A stretch of DNA of 64,000 nucleotides from Candidatus Pseudoscillospira faecavium (GTDB taxonomy: Bacteria > Bacillota > Clostridia > Oscillospirales > Oscillospiraceae): the NCBI GenBank assembly GCA_904420565.1, contig CAJFVV010000046.1, forward strand, positions 948 to 64,947. Reading direction: 5' to 3'. The notes under the pieces were generated by a model. It was not told the DNA's origin, made no database searches, and was given only the letters and a program-made list of their open reading frames with translations. Shown in pieces: positions 10,466 through 20,278 of this stretch. How positions within the stretch are numbered: position 1 is the first letter of the stretch; every line of letters starts with the position of its first letter. A program made the translations under genes and the position numbers.

Positions 10466-11845
10466 TTAGAACATGGTTGCCCACAGCAGGAAGCAGAGGC
10501 AGACAATGATGCCAACCACAACCAGCAGAACAGCCAGATAGCCCATAATGTCGCGGGCGCTCAGGCCAGCCACTGCCAAAGCAGGAATGGCCCAGAAGGG
10601 CTGCAGCAGGTTGGTCCAGCAGTCGCCCCAGGCAATGCCCATGGCTGCGCGGCCGGCTTCAATTCCCATTTCATATGCAGCAGGCATCACAATCGGGCCC
10701 TGAACCGCCCACTGGCCGCCGCCGGAAGGAACAAAGAAGTTGATGATACCGGCGCTCAGGAAGGTGAACATCGGGAATGTGACATCATTGGAAATGGAAA
10801 CGAATGCATTTGCAATGACAGATGCCAGAGATACGCCATTGTCATTCGCACCAACCATCATGCCCATAATACCGGCATAGAAGGGGAACTGCAGAATAAT
10901 ACCCGCAGCGCTGGTGGCAGAATCACCAATTGCGTCAATATAGCGGCGCAGGCTGCCGTGAGCCAGAATGCCCAGGAACATGAAGATGAAGTTGACAACG
11001 TTCAGCGTCAGACCGGACAGCACATCGCCGCCGGTGATGACAATATTGGCAAAATAGTAAATGATATAAGCAAAACCTGCAATCCAGGTGATGGCCCACA
11101 GGATCTTGGACTGCTCAATGCCGTCCGCAGGAACCTTCTTTTCATAAGTGCGAATCTCATCGTCCTTCAGCAAGGCAGGATCCACGCTGATGGTATGCTC
11201 TGCATCGGGATGGGAAACAACCATAACCACGGCACAGGCAATCACAACCAGCACCACAGCCAGCAAATTGACGGGATGGAAAATGGTCAGAGCAGTGGAG
11301 ACTGCATAAGCTTCATCCGTACCATATCCCATGCCAGCCAGAATGCCAGGCTGGGTAATGGTCAGCGGGATGGACCCGGACAGGCCTGCATGCCACATGC
11401 AGATTACGCTGTATGCAGAAGCAACCACCAGGCGGTAGTCGATGGTGGGAACCTGTCTTGCCACTTCCTTCGCCAGCAAAACGCCGGCAATCAAGCCAAA
11501 GCCCCAGTTGATCCACATGCAGACCGCAGAAACCAGCACCGTTACCAAAATACCCTGTTTGGGCGTATGTGCCAGACCTGCCAGCTTTTTCAAAATACCG
11601 GCCACCACAGGCGCCTTAGCCAATGCAGAACCCAATACCACGACCAGGCACATCTGCATAGAAAATGCCAGCAGGCCCCAGAAGCCGCTGTCACTGCCCC
11701 AGTAACCCAGGACACGCAGCGGACCGACACCTGTCAGCAGCATGCAGCCAATAAAGACCACAATGGTCAAGATAATTGCAAACAGAAATGCGTCGGGCAT
11801 CCATCTTTCAACGATATGCACCGCAACGTTCGTAATTTTCTTCAT
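10466..11845 (-). CDS. Short-chain fatty acid transporter, AtoE family (copy 1)
   Basis: RWMPDAFLFAIILT, INWGFGL, WHAGLSGSIPL, FVPSGGGQWAVQGP, WGDCWTNLLQPFWA. Confidence 0.92.
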   Translation of the reverse strand: MKKITNVAVHIVERWMPDAFLFAIILTIVVFIGCMLLTGVGPLRVLGYWGSDSGFWGLLAFSMQMCLVVVLGSALAKAPVVAGILKKLAGLAHTPKQGILVTVLVSAVCMWINWGFGLIAGVLLAKEVARQVPTIDYRLVVASAYSVICMWHAGLSGSIPLTITQPGILAGMGYGTDEAYAVSTALTIFHPVNLLAVVLVVIACAVVMVVSHPDAEHTISVDPALLKDDEIRTYEKKVPADGIEQSKILWAITWIAGFAYIIYYFANIVITGGDVLSGLTLNVVNFIFMFLGILAHGSLRRYIDAIGDSATSAAGIILQFPFYAGIMGMMVGANDNGVSLASVIANAFVSISNDVTFPMFTFLSAGIINFFVPSGGGQWAVQGPIVMPAAYEMGIEAGRAAMGIAWGDCWTNLLQPFWAIPALAVAGLSARDIMGYLAVLLVVVGIIVCLCFLLWATMF

Positions 11846-12021
11846 AGTGTGAAATAAACCCCCCTAAATCAAATTTTTATACACACACAGTCGTACGTTT
11901 TCTTTTTAACAGCTTTTTCAGAAGTTGTCAAACGACCTATTTTTTTATTTTCAAAACTTTTTACATTATATTTCCGCTTGTTTTCACATATTTTATCCAT
12001 ATCTGCAATTTTTTCGCAAAT

Positions 12022-12168
12022 TTATAAGTTTTTTATAAGATATTTATTAAAAATATATAAATAAATCATAAATATTCTTCATGGCACAATTTTTTGCATC
12101 ATTCTGCCCGGCAAATATTCGGGTTCCCCCTTGCTTTTTCCCCATTCTCGTTTATAATGAATTTATAA
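12022..12168. promoter_or_regulatory. TTATA-N7-TATAA operator-like sites in the divergent atoE1/BKACE promoter region
   Basis: Exact matches at 12022 and 12152, a 1-mismatch copy at 12044 (22 bp after 12022) and a weak half match at 12066. Confidence 0.5.
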
Positions 12169-12238
12169 TATAAGCGAAGCTATCATTGAAAAACCGTGCC
12201 GTTACTTCCAGCTCTGAACGCACGCATAAAGGAGGAAC

Positions 12239-13108
12239 ATGACCATGAGTGAAAAAAGAATTATCACTGCAGCGCTGACTGGCGCTATGTCTCCCAAGGC
12301 CGTCAATCCCAACGTACCTGTCACCCCGGAAGAAATTGCCGAAGATGCTTACAAATGCTACAAAGCCGGCGCCGCCATTGTCCATCTGCATATGCGGGAC
12401 GAAAATGACCAGGCCTGCAGCGACGTGGAACTGTTCCGCGAAAGCCAGCGGCTAATCCAGGAAAAGTGCGACGTTATCATCAACATGACCACCACCGGAA
12501 GCACTATCGCCAGTGCTTCCGTGGAAGAAGCGGCTTTTGATGCCCGTATCGCTCCCGTGATTGAACTGGAGCCGGAAATGTGCTCTTACGATGCAGCTTC
12601 CTTTAACTGGATGAGCGCCCAGCCCTGGGCGTTTCAAAATCCTCCTGCCTTTCTGGAAAAACTGAACCGCGCCTGCATTGAGCACAACTGCAAGCCGGAA
12701 ATTGAAATTTTTAACCCCGGCATGTTCGGCGTCATCAAATGGTATACCGACCGGGATCTGCTGCCAGGTCCCTGCCATTTCCAGTATGTTCTGGGTGTGC
12801 AGGGCGGCCTGCCCGCTACTCCCCACAGCGTTTTTGAACTGGAAGAATACCGCAAAGAGATGTTCCCGGATTCCACATGGTCTGCTTTCGGCATTTCCAA
12901 GGGCAATCTTCCCTGCATCTTTACAGCTCTGGCTCTGGGCGGCGGTGTACGCGTCGGTCTGGAAGATACAGGCTTTTATTCCAAAGGCGTTATGGCCAAC
13001 AACGAAATGCTGGTACAGCGCGCTGCCCGAATCATTCACGAGTTCGGCTGCGAACCAGCCACACCGGATGAGGCCCGCGCCATGCTGCACATCAATCCCC
13101 GCAAGTAA
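12239..13108 (+). CDS. Beta-keto acid cleavage enzyme (BKACE/DUF849, Kce family)
   Basis: IITAALTGA, PVTPEEIAEDA, AAIVHLHMRD (Zn HxH), VRVGLED, EPATPDEARAML. Confidence 0.93.
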   Translation: MTMSEKRIITAALTGAMSPKAVNPNVPVTPEEIAEDAYKCYKAGAAIVHLHMRDENDQACSDVELFRESQRLIQEKCDVIINMTTTGSTIASASVEEAAFDARIAPVIELEPEMCSYDAASFNWMSAQPWAFQNPPAFLEKLNRACIEHNCKPEIEIFNPGMFGVIKWYTDRDLLPGPCHFQYVLGVQGGLPATPHSVFELEEYRKEMFPDSTWSAFGISKGNLPCIFTALALGGGVRVGLEDTGFYSKGVMANNEMLVQRAARIIHEFGCEPATPDEARAMLHINPRK

Positions 13109-13189
13109 ATAACTTTCCTCTTTCCTCTGCAAAACAGCCCGGTGCAAAATTGCACCGGGCTGTTTTCTGCTCAAACATCTATTCATCCA

Positions 13190-14506
13190 TCAAATGATAA
13201 TATTCTGCTTTTTCGCCGCAAAGGTCAGTTCATCGCGGAAGTCAGGATGCGCAATGGAAATCAGCGCTTTCGCCCGCTCAGACAGCGGTCTGCCGCGCAG
13301 CTTGGCAATGCCGTATTCCGTCACGATGCAGTCCACATCGTTTTTGCTTGTGGTCACCACGCTGCCCTGCGTCAGCATGGGCACAATTTTGCTGACGGTT
13401 CCGCCCTTGGCCGTAGAAGGAAACGCAATAAAGCTCATGCCGCCGGGAGACTGCACCGCGCCGCGGACATAGTCCACCTGGCCGCCGGTGCCGGAAACGT
13501 GCTTGGTACCGATGGCCTCGGCACAGACCTGGCCGTAGAAATCCACCTCCAGCGCCGCATTGATGGAAACGAAATTAGGGTGCTTTGCAATGACCGCCGG
13601 ATCATTGACATAGTCCACCGGCAGCAATTCAAAAGCAGGGTTGTCGTTGATCAAATCGTAAATCCGCTGGGATCCAAACGCAAACGTCGCCACAGTACGG
13701 CCGGTATGAATCGGCTTTTTGCTGTTGTTCACGGCGCCGCATTCAATCAGCTCCACCATGCTGTCGGTAAACATCTCTGTATGAATGCCCAAATCATGCT
13801 TGTTCTTCAGCGCCATGCCTACGGCATCCGGCACTGCGCCGATACCCAGCTGCAGCGTTGCGCCGTCAGGAATCTGCTCGGCAATCAAATTGCCGATGGT
13901 CTGGCTGACCTCGTCAATCTTTGCCTGCGGCAGCACCACCAGCGGAATGGTATTTTCACAAACACCCTCCACCTGGGAAATATGTACCATGGGAGAATGC
14001 AGCGCTCTGGGCAGATTTTTATTGACCTCCACAATGATATGCTTGGCTTTGCGCATCATTGCTTCCGAGTTGGAACCCACTGTGCTCATGCTGAAATAAC
14101 CGTGGGAATCCATGGGCGAAACTGCCGCAAAGAAATAATCAACATCCACATATTGCTCAAACAGGCTCGGAATATCGCGATAATAGCAGGGCATCACATC
14201 GCCATAGCCACCATTGATCGCCTTGCGGGCACCGCCGCTGGAAAACCAGGAAATACCAGTCAGCGATCCCAGCAAATCCGCATTCTGATACATCTCATAA
14301 GGATATACATCCAAAACCGTGTGCTGTTTCACGCCGGTCAGACCATCTTTCTTCACATGCTGCGCCAATGCATTCAGAAGGCCGCTGGGCTGGGCCAGCG
14401 TGATATCTGAGCACACCACATTGCCGGACTCCACACGCTCTGCCAGCGCTTCCGCTGTCGCCAACTTCTGCTTATACAGTTTCCGATAAGTTCTTGCTGT
14501 GTTCAC
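13190..14506 (-). CDS. Acetyl-CoA hydrolase/transferase family CoA-transferase (Cat2-like)
   Basis: TLQLGIGAVPDAV, DLGIHTEMF, SGTGGQVDYVRGA, IVTEYGIAKLRG, IAHPDFR. Confidence 0.92.
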   Translation of the reverse strand: MNTARTYRKLYKQKLATAEALAERVESGNVVCSDITLAQPSGLLNALAQHVKKDGLTGVKQHTVLDVYPYEMYQNADLLGSLTGISWFSSGGARKAINGGYGDVMPCYYRDIPSLFEQYVDVDYFFAAVSPMDSHGYFSMSTVGSNSEAMMRKAKHIIVEVNKNLPRALHSPMVHISQVEGVCENTIPLVVLPQAKIDEVSQTIGNLIAEQIPDGATLQLGIGAVPDAVGMALKNKHDLGIHTEMFTDSMVELIECGAVNNSKKPIHTGRTVATFAFGSQRIYDLINDNPAFELLPVDYVNDPAVIAKHPNFVSINAALEVDFYGQVCAEAIGTKHVSGTGGQVDYVRGAVQSPGGMSFIAFPSTAKGGTVSKIVPMLTQGSVVTTSKNDVDCIVTEYGIAKLRGRPLSERAKALISIAHPDFRDELTFAAKKQNIII

Positions 14507-14577
14507 ATCATCACAATCCTCTCATGTCATAAATTGCCCGCTCCGGGCGTAAAACAATAACGAATTTATTGTATCAT

Positions 14578-14653
14578 ACCGCTTTTCCCTGTGCAATCCC
14601 CACAAACCGCATTTCACCGCTTTTCCCTGTGCAATCTCTACAATCTGCATTTC
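14578..14653. repeat. 38-bp imperfect tandem duplication overlapping the CoA-transferase promoter
   Basis: ACCGCTTTTCCCTGTGCAATC...GCATTTC at 14578 and 14616; on the minus strand TTGCAC-17-TACAAT uses the proximal copy. Confidence 0.8.
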
Positions 14654-14763
14654 TTTACACTTTTCCCAGGAAAAGAAAACGAAGAGGCGCTATGCGCCTC
14701 TTCGTTCTTTGTGCATAATTCGTTTCTGAGAGTAGAAATTTCAAATTGTTATGGGTATGCAGT

Positions 14764-16140
14764 TTAGACCATTGCCCAAATGACAAAGCCGATACATACA
14801 ATGACACCAACCACAATGGTCAGCATAACCAGATAGCCCATGATATCGCGGGCGCTCAGGCCAGCAATTGCCAGAGCCGGCAGTGCCCAGAAGGGCTGAA
14901 TCAGGTTGGTCCAGCAGTCGCCCCAGGCAATACCCATTGCTGCACGGGCAGCCGGGCAGCCAATCATGGCAGCGGCAGGCATGCTGATGGGACCCTGAAC
15001 CGCCCACTGGCCGCCGCCGGAGGGAACAAAGATGTTGATCAGGCCGCCGGCCAGGAACGTAAACATCGGGAAGGTGATCGGCGTTGCGATGGACACAAAG
15101 GTGGTCGCAATAATAGATGCCAGACACACGCCTTCATCGTTGGTGCCGACCATGATACCCATGATACCGGCATAGAAGGGGAACTGCAGAATAATACCCG
15201 CAGCACTGGTTGCCGCATCGCCGATTGCATCAATGTAGCGGCGCAGGCTGCCGTGGGCCAAAATGCCCAGGAACATGAAGATCATGTTGACGATATTCAG
15301 CGTCAGGCCGGACAGCACATCAGCACCGGTGACAACCATGTTCACAAAATAGTAAATGATGTACGCAAAACCTGCAATCCAGGTGATAGCCCACAGGATC
15401 TTGGACTGCTCAATGGCATCCGCAGGAACCTTCTTTTCGTAAGTGCGGACTTCATCGTCTTTCAGCAGCGCGGGATCCACAGCCACGGTGTGCTCTGCAT
15501 CAGGATGAGAAACCACCATAACCACAGCGCAGGCAATGATAACCACCGCGACCATGGCCAGGTTCACCGGGAAGAAGATGGTCTCAGCAGTGGAAACTGC
15601 ATAATTCACATCGTCAGTGTAGCCCATGGATGCCAGAATACCGGGCTGGGTGATGGTCAGCGGAATGGAACCGGACAAACCTGCATGCCACATGCAGATT
15701 ACGGAGTAACCGGAAGCGATCAGCACACGGTAATCGATATTGGGAATGCGCTTTGCCACTTCCTTTGCCAGCAGAACGCCGGCGATCAGGCCGAAGCCCC
15801 AGTTGATCCACATGCAGATACCGGACACGATAACCGTGACAACAATGCCCTGCTTCGGCGTATGCGCCAGGCTGGCACATTTTACCAGCAGCCGGTTAAC
15901 AACCGGTGCATGGGCCAGAGCAGAACCCAGCACCACGACCAGGCACATCTGCATGGTGAAGGCCAGCAGACCCCAGAAACCCGTGTCGCTGCCCCAATAG
16001 GTCAGTACGCGCAGCGGGCTGACACCCGTCAGCACTACGCAGCCAATAAAGGTAATAATCGTCAGAATGATTGCAAACAGGAATGCATCGGGCATCCAGC
16101 GGTTCACAATTCTGACTGCAACATTTGTAATTGCTTTCAA
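14764..16140 (-). CDS. Short-chain fatty acid transporter, AtoE family (copy 2)
   Basis: Close paralogue of 10466..11845 with the same motifs; TTG start at 16140 after a GGGGG RBS, matching copy 1's N-terminus. Confidence 0.92.
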   Translation of the reverse strand: MKAITNVAVRIVNRWMPDAFLFAIILTIITFIGCVVLTGVSPLRVLTYWGSDTGFWGLLAFTMQMCLVVVLGSALAHAPVVNRLLVKCASLAHTPKQGIVVTVIVSGICMWINWGFGLIAGVLLAKEVAKRIPNIDYRVLIASGYSVICMWHAGLSGSIPLTITQPGILASMGYTDDVNYAVSTAETIFFPVNLAMVAVVIIACAVVMVVSHPDAEHTVAVDPALLKDDEVRTYEKKVPADAIEQSKILWAITWIAGFAYIIYYFVNMVVTGADVLSGLTLNIVNMIFMFLGILAHGSLRRYIDAIGDAATSAAGIILQFPFYAGIMGIMVGTNDEGVCLASIIATTFVSIATPITFPMFTFLAGGLINIFVPSGGGQWAVQGPISMPAAAMIGCPAARAAMGIAWGDCWTNLIQPFWALPALAIAGLSARDIMGYLVMLTIVVGVIVCIGFVIWAMV

Positions 16141-16275
16141 AAGAATACCCCCCACTCTAAAATTAAACCAGCTTCTACTCTCGCCAGAATCCATATCCGG
16201 CAATATGCACACGAAAATGGTTCAACAGCATAATAATGATAAACGACGATTTATTCAATGGCTTTTTTGCAATTT

Positions 16276-16336
16276 TTATATAATCTTTATTATAAACTTA
16301 TAGGTTTTTTATATTATCTTTATAACTTTTTTATGT
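16276..16336. promoter_or_regulatory. Three TTATA-N7-TAT(N)N sites at 22-bp spacing upstream of atoE copy 2
   Basis: TTATA half-sites start at 16276, 16298 and 16320. Confidence 0.5.
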
Positions 16337-16678
16337 CAATCAAAAAAGCGAAAAAATTCCTTGTTTTTCAGGACTTTCCTCCCCGATTTTCTTTTTCAAA
16401 TTGGAATTTCTTTCCAAAAATCAATTGATCTCTCTTTTTTAAGCAGCCTATTTTAACTCCAGACTCCGCTCAAAATTCTAACATCTTTATACTTTCATCT
16501 GAATTCTTTATATCTTACATATTTTGTGGAAGGCCCTCTGCTGTACACTGCAGAAATCGTATTTTCATAATTTCCGCTGTTTTCCCCCCAACAGGCCTGT
16601 TTTCCTGACTGCAGCTTTATTTCCCGACGCAATATGCGCCGCTGCAACGGTACAATACCGTAGGAAGGAGGACAAGCC

Positions 16679-18748
16679 ATGAATTTTGAACAACCGCTCA
16701 CTTCATCGGCCCAGAAACATCGTCTGAGCACCTGTGCCATGCGCTTTTTGCTGGCTGCCATCTTGTCAGGAAGCCAGATCTTCGGAGGATATGCCCCTTT
16801 CGGGCTCGGTTTTGTAGCAGCCTCCGGCGCCGGTATGGAGGGACTGTCCGCACTGCTGGGATTGCTTGTTGGCTCTTTATTTCTGATGTCTTTTACGGAT
16901 GCCATGAAATACATAGCCGCAGCCGTTTTGATCTTTTCTGTTTCCGTGGCCTTTTACGATACAAAATTTTATCAAAAAAGCGCTTTTGTGCCGCTGATTA
17001 CCAGCGCATGTACCGCAGCAGTAGGATTTGTTTATCTCACACAGCCGGGCCTGTTCAGTGCAGAAGGCGCCTATTCTCTGCTGGAAGTCCTGCTGGCCGG
17101 CAGCTGTGCAGCCTGCTACCGTGTGGTTCTGACCATGCCGAAACCGCCATACAGCCGCCGGCAGCTGCTGTGTCTGTTCGCTCTGGCCATCTCCCTGCTG
17201 ATCGCCGTGGCAGCCATTCCTCTGGCAGGGCAATTCTCTCTGGGGCGTATTTTTGCCGTGGTGCTGGTGCTGACAGCAGGACGGATCGGCGGTATGGGGA
17301 TGGGCTGCGCCATTGGGCTGTGTACTGGGCTGGCGATGGACACAGTTACCGGCAGTCTCTATTTCTCTGTTGCCTACAGCATTTCTGCCCTGGCCGCAGG
17401 TCTGCCGCGCTGCGGCCGTGCCTTATATACCCTTTTATTTCTTTGCGGCACGGTATTATCCCTGTTCTGGGCCAGCGCTGACAGCGCTGTTTATGCCCTG
17501 CTGGAAACGGCTATTGCCTGCATTGTATTTCTGCTGCTTCCGGAAAAGATTTTCCGAAAAGCCCGCAAAGAAAAAACGGATCATGCTGTGCCGCTTTCCG
17601 CGCCAAAAGCCCTGGAAAAACAGCTGCGCAGCACTGCCACAGTCTTTCGTGATCTGTACGACAGCCTGAGCCGCGGCAATTCCCCGGTCAATGACGAAAA
17701 CATTGCCACCGTATTCGACCGGGCAGCCGACCAGATCTGCAGGTCCTGTCCATTGTGCGGCACCTGCTGGGATGTTGACTATGTGACGACCTACAACGCT
17801 TTAAACGATGTTACAGGGTTTTTGACAGAACGCGGCCGGATACTGCCCTCTGATTTTCCCTCCCATTTTTCCAGCCGCTGCGTCCGGCTCCCGGATTTCA
17901 TCGCCGCGGTCAATGCCGAATTTACCGCGCTTTTAATGCGCCGGCAATATACCCGTCAGCTTGACAACACCCGCCAGAGCGCCAAGGAGCAATATGCCCG
18001 GCTTTCAGAACTGCTGAGCGAATCAGCGGATCAGATCGGCCGCAGCAGCGAAGAAGCTGCTGTGCCTGTCAGCGGCACAGGGGAGCCGGCCTGTGAAATC
18101 TGCACCGCTGTGCGACCGAAAGCCGGCGAGAGTGTCAGCGGAGATACTGTGTCCACTTTCCGCACCGATGACGGAAAAGTGTTCCTGCTGCTTTCCGACG
18201 GGATGGGCTGCGGCGAGGATGCCCGCCGGGAATCCGCCATGACCGTACGGCTTCTGGAACAGTTCCTGAAAGCCGGCATTGAACCGCCCACAGCGCTGAA
18301 AACGCTCAATACCGCCCTGGCACTGCACAGCGATGAAAGCGGCAGCTTCACTACCATCGACCTCATGGCCCTAACTCTGCGCAGCGGCAGCGTTTCTTTT
18401 TATAAATACGGTGCCGCTCCTTCTTATATCAAGCACGGCTCTTCTGTGCGGCGCATCACCGGCAGTGTGCTCCCCGCCGGTCTCAGCAGCAGCGAGCGCA
18501 TACCGGACGCCACAACCCTTTGTTTGCTGCCCGGCGACTTTGTCATTCTTGTCAGCGACGGATTTGTGGACAGTGCAGAGGACGCCTGGCTGCAGGCCAT
18601 GCTTGCCCAATGGGACGGCGTCAGTGTACAGTCCCTCACCTCTTCCCTGATGGATGCCAGCACCCGGCGCAGCGGCCGGGCCGATGATGCAAGTCTTCTG
18701 GTGCTGCGTCTGCCGCCTCTGCCATCCGCCAAAGCAGATGAAGTATAA
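16679..18748 (+). CDS. spoIIE: Stage II sporulation protein E (membrane PP2C phosphatase)
   Basis: About 10 TM segments, CxxCxxCxxCW regulatory region, PP2C motifs SGD, LSDGMG, TTIDL, VSDG, DD. Confidence 0.88.
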   Translation: MNFEQPLTSSAQKHRLSTCAMRFLLAAILSGSQIFGGYAPFGLGFVAASGAGMEGLSALLGLLVGSLFLMSFTDAMKYIAAAVLIFSVSVAFYDTKFYQKSAFVPLITSACTAAVGFVYLTQPGLFSAEGAYSLLEVLLAGSCAACYRVVLTMPKPPYSRRQLLCLFALAISLLIAVAAIPLAGQFSLGRIFAVVLVLTAGRIGGMGMGCAIGLCTGLAMDTVTGSLYFSVAYSISALAAGLPRCGRALYTLLFLCGTVLSLFWASADSAVYALLETAIACIVFLLLPEKIFRKARKEKTDHAVPLSAPKALEKQLRSTATVFRDLYDSLSRGNSPVNDENIATVFDRAADQICRSCPLCGTCWDVDYVTTYNALNDVTGFLTERGRILPSDFPSHFSSRCVRLPDFIAAVNAEFTALLMRRQYTRQLDNTRQSAKEQYARLSELLSESADQIGRSSEEAAVPVSGTGEPACEICTAVRPKAGESVSGDTVSTFRTDDGKVFLLLSDGMGCGEDARRESAMTVRLLEQFLKAGIEPPTALKTLNTALALHSDESGSFTTIDLMALTLRSGSVSFYKYGAAPSYIKHGSSVRRITGSVLPAGLSSSERIPDATTLCLLPGDFVILVSDGFVDSAEDAWLQAMLAQWDGVSVQSLTSSLMDASTRRSGRADDASLLVLRLPPLPSAKADEV

Positions 18749-18772
18749 CTTCACCCCAAAATGGATATCCTT
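18743..18772 (+). promoter_or_regulatory. SigF-like promoter for the small ORF after spoIIE
   Basis: GTATA-N15-GGATATCCTT compared with the SigF consensus GYATA-N15-GGnnAnAnTR; two mismatches in the -10. Confidence 0.4.
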
Positions 18773-18807
18773 TTCCATAGACGCTCCGGCTCTCAGAAAG
18801 GATTGAT

Positions 18808-19086
18808 ATGAGTATGGTAAAAGGCGTATCCCGCCGGGTAATTGTAGTAGATGCCCCAGATCGACGCTATTTTGACAAAGCTATTTTCATTTTGCGCAGT
18901 GACGCGCCCACCGTTGGTAAAGATTACAGCCCCATTATGCAGGAGGCCTGCCGCATCGCCAGCCGTTGTGCACAGCACCGGCAGCGGCCTATTTTTTCAC
19001 TGCCTGCGCCGCTTTGGGGTCTGATCGGCGCAGGCGCTGTAGCGTTTCCCTGGTTTTTCCTCACCCACGAAATAACATTTTTATAA
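18808..19086 (+). CDS. Small hypothetical protein with a C-terminal membrane anchor
   Basis: AAGGA RBS; MVKGVSRRVIVVDAPDRRYFDKAIFIL followed by a hydrophobic C-terminus; terminator hairpin follows. Confidence 0.75.
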   Translation: MSMVKGVSRRVIVVDAPDRRYFDKAIFILRSDAPTVGKDYSPIMQEACRIASRCAQHRQRPIFSLPAPLWGLIGAGAVAFPWFFLTHEITFL

Positions 19087-19102
19087 TTTCCCCTTCCCAC
19101 AC

Positions 19103-19150
19103 CGCGGGGCCGAATCTGTGCTGCAGCAGTTTCGGCCCCGCGTTCTTTCT
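19103..19150 (+). terminator. Intrinsic terminator
   Basis: CGCGGGGCCGAA...TTCGGCCCCGCG followed by a T-rich run. Confidence 0.7.
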
Positions 19151-19279
19151 TTGCCGGCGCATTGCTTCTGACTCGGATGATTTGAAAATTCTCTTGCACT
19201 TTCGAGCAATTTTGCTATAATAACAGACTGTATATTTATTGTCTTTTTTGAGATTTGGCAGCAAAAGGAGCAGCACACT

Positions 19280-20278
19280 ATGCACATCGGACCTGTGATT
19301 ATTCATTCCAAGCTGGCGCTGGCCCCCATGGCCGGGGTGACCGACCTGGCTTTCCGGCAAATCTGCAGCGAACTGGGTGCCGGTCTGACCTGCACAGAAC
19401 TGGTGAGCGCCAAAGCCCTGTGTTATCAGGACAGCAAGACCAGGGGGCTTTTAAAGCTGTTTCCAGGGGAGCATCCTGCTGCAGCGCAGATTTTCGGCAG
19501 CGATGCGGACTGCATGGCCCGCGCGGCCCAGCTTGCGCTGGAAATTTCCGGTGCGGATATCATTGATATCAATATGGGCTGTCCGGTGGGCAAAGTTGTC
19601 AACAATGGCGACGGCAGCGCCCTGATGAAGGACGTGCCCAAGGCGCTGGCCATCGCTCGCGCCGTGGTAAAAGCCGTGTCTGTTCCCGTTACGGTGAAGA
19701 TACGCATAGGATGGGACCGGGGACACCTCAACGCAGTGGAATTGGCCCGCGGGCTGGAAGAAGCGGGCGTTGCCGCTATTGCCGTTCATGGCCGCACCCG
19801 GGTGCAGATGTACAGCGGCCGGGCCGACTGGGATGCCATTGCCGCCGTTAAACAGGCCGTATCGATTCCGGTGATTGCCAACGGCGATATCTTCAAGCCG
19901 GAGGATGCCGTGCGCATTTTAAAACACACCGGTGCCGATATGGCTATGATTGGCCGCGGCGTTTTCGGTAACCCCTGGATTTTTCAGCAGGCTCAGGCAG
20001 CGCTGGAGGGACGGCCTGTTCCGCTGCGGCCGCCCCTTGCCCAGCGGTGTCAAACCGCCGTGCGGCAGATCGAGCTGGCCGCCGCCGATAAGGGAGAGAA
20101 AATCGCCGTTTTGGAAGCCCGCCGCCATTATTGCTGGTATCTCAAAGGCGTCCCCTATGCCAATTATTACAAGGAGCAGATCGTCCGCATGAATACACTG
20201 GAGGATGTGTACCGCATCACCAAAGGAATTGTGCGGGATTTAACCGATGCAGCTCCCGAAGGAGGCAATGCACAATGA
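19280..20278 (+). CDS. dusB: tRNA-dihydrouridine synthase DusB
   Basis: LAPMAGVTD, IDINMGCP, VHGRT, IANGDI, MIGRG; SigA-like TTGCAC-16-TATAAT at 19194-19221. Confidence 0.95.
   Translation: MHIGPVIIHSKLALAPMAGVTDLAFRQICSELGAGLTCTELVSAKALCYQDSKTRGLLKLFPGEHPAAAQIFGSDADCMARAAQLALEISGADIIDINMGCPVGKVVNNGDGSALMKDVPKALAIARAVVKAVSVPVTVKIRIGWDRGHLNAVELARGLEEAGVAAIAVHGRTRVQMYSGRADWDAIAAVKQAVSIPVIANGDIFKPEDAVRILKHTGADMAMIGRGVFGNPWIFQQAQAALEGRPVPLRPPLAQRCQTAVRQIELAAADKGEKIAVLEARRHYCWYLKGVPYANYYKEQIVRMNTLEDVYRITKGIVRDLTDAAPEGGNAQ

Noticed and set aside
14578-14653. Repeat pair considered as a mini-CRISPR
   Set aside because: Only two adjacent copies, the intervening sequences resemble each other, and no cas genes are present.
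20131-20274. Upstream TTG start for the sigma fusion (550 aa)
   Set aside because: It overlaps dusB; the GGAGG RBS and ATGA coupling favour 20275.
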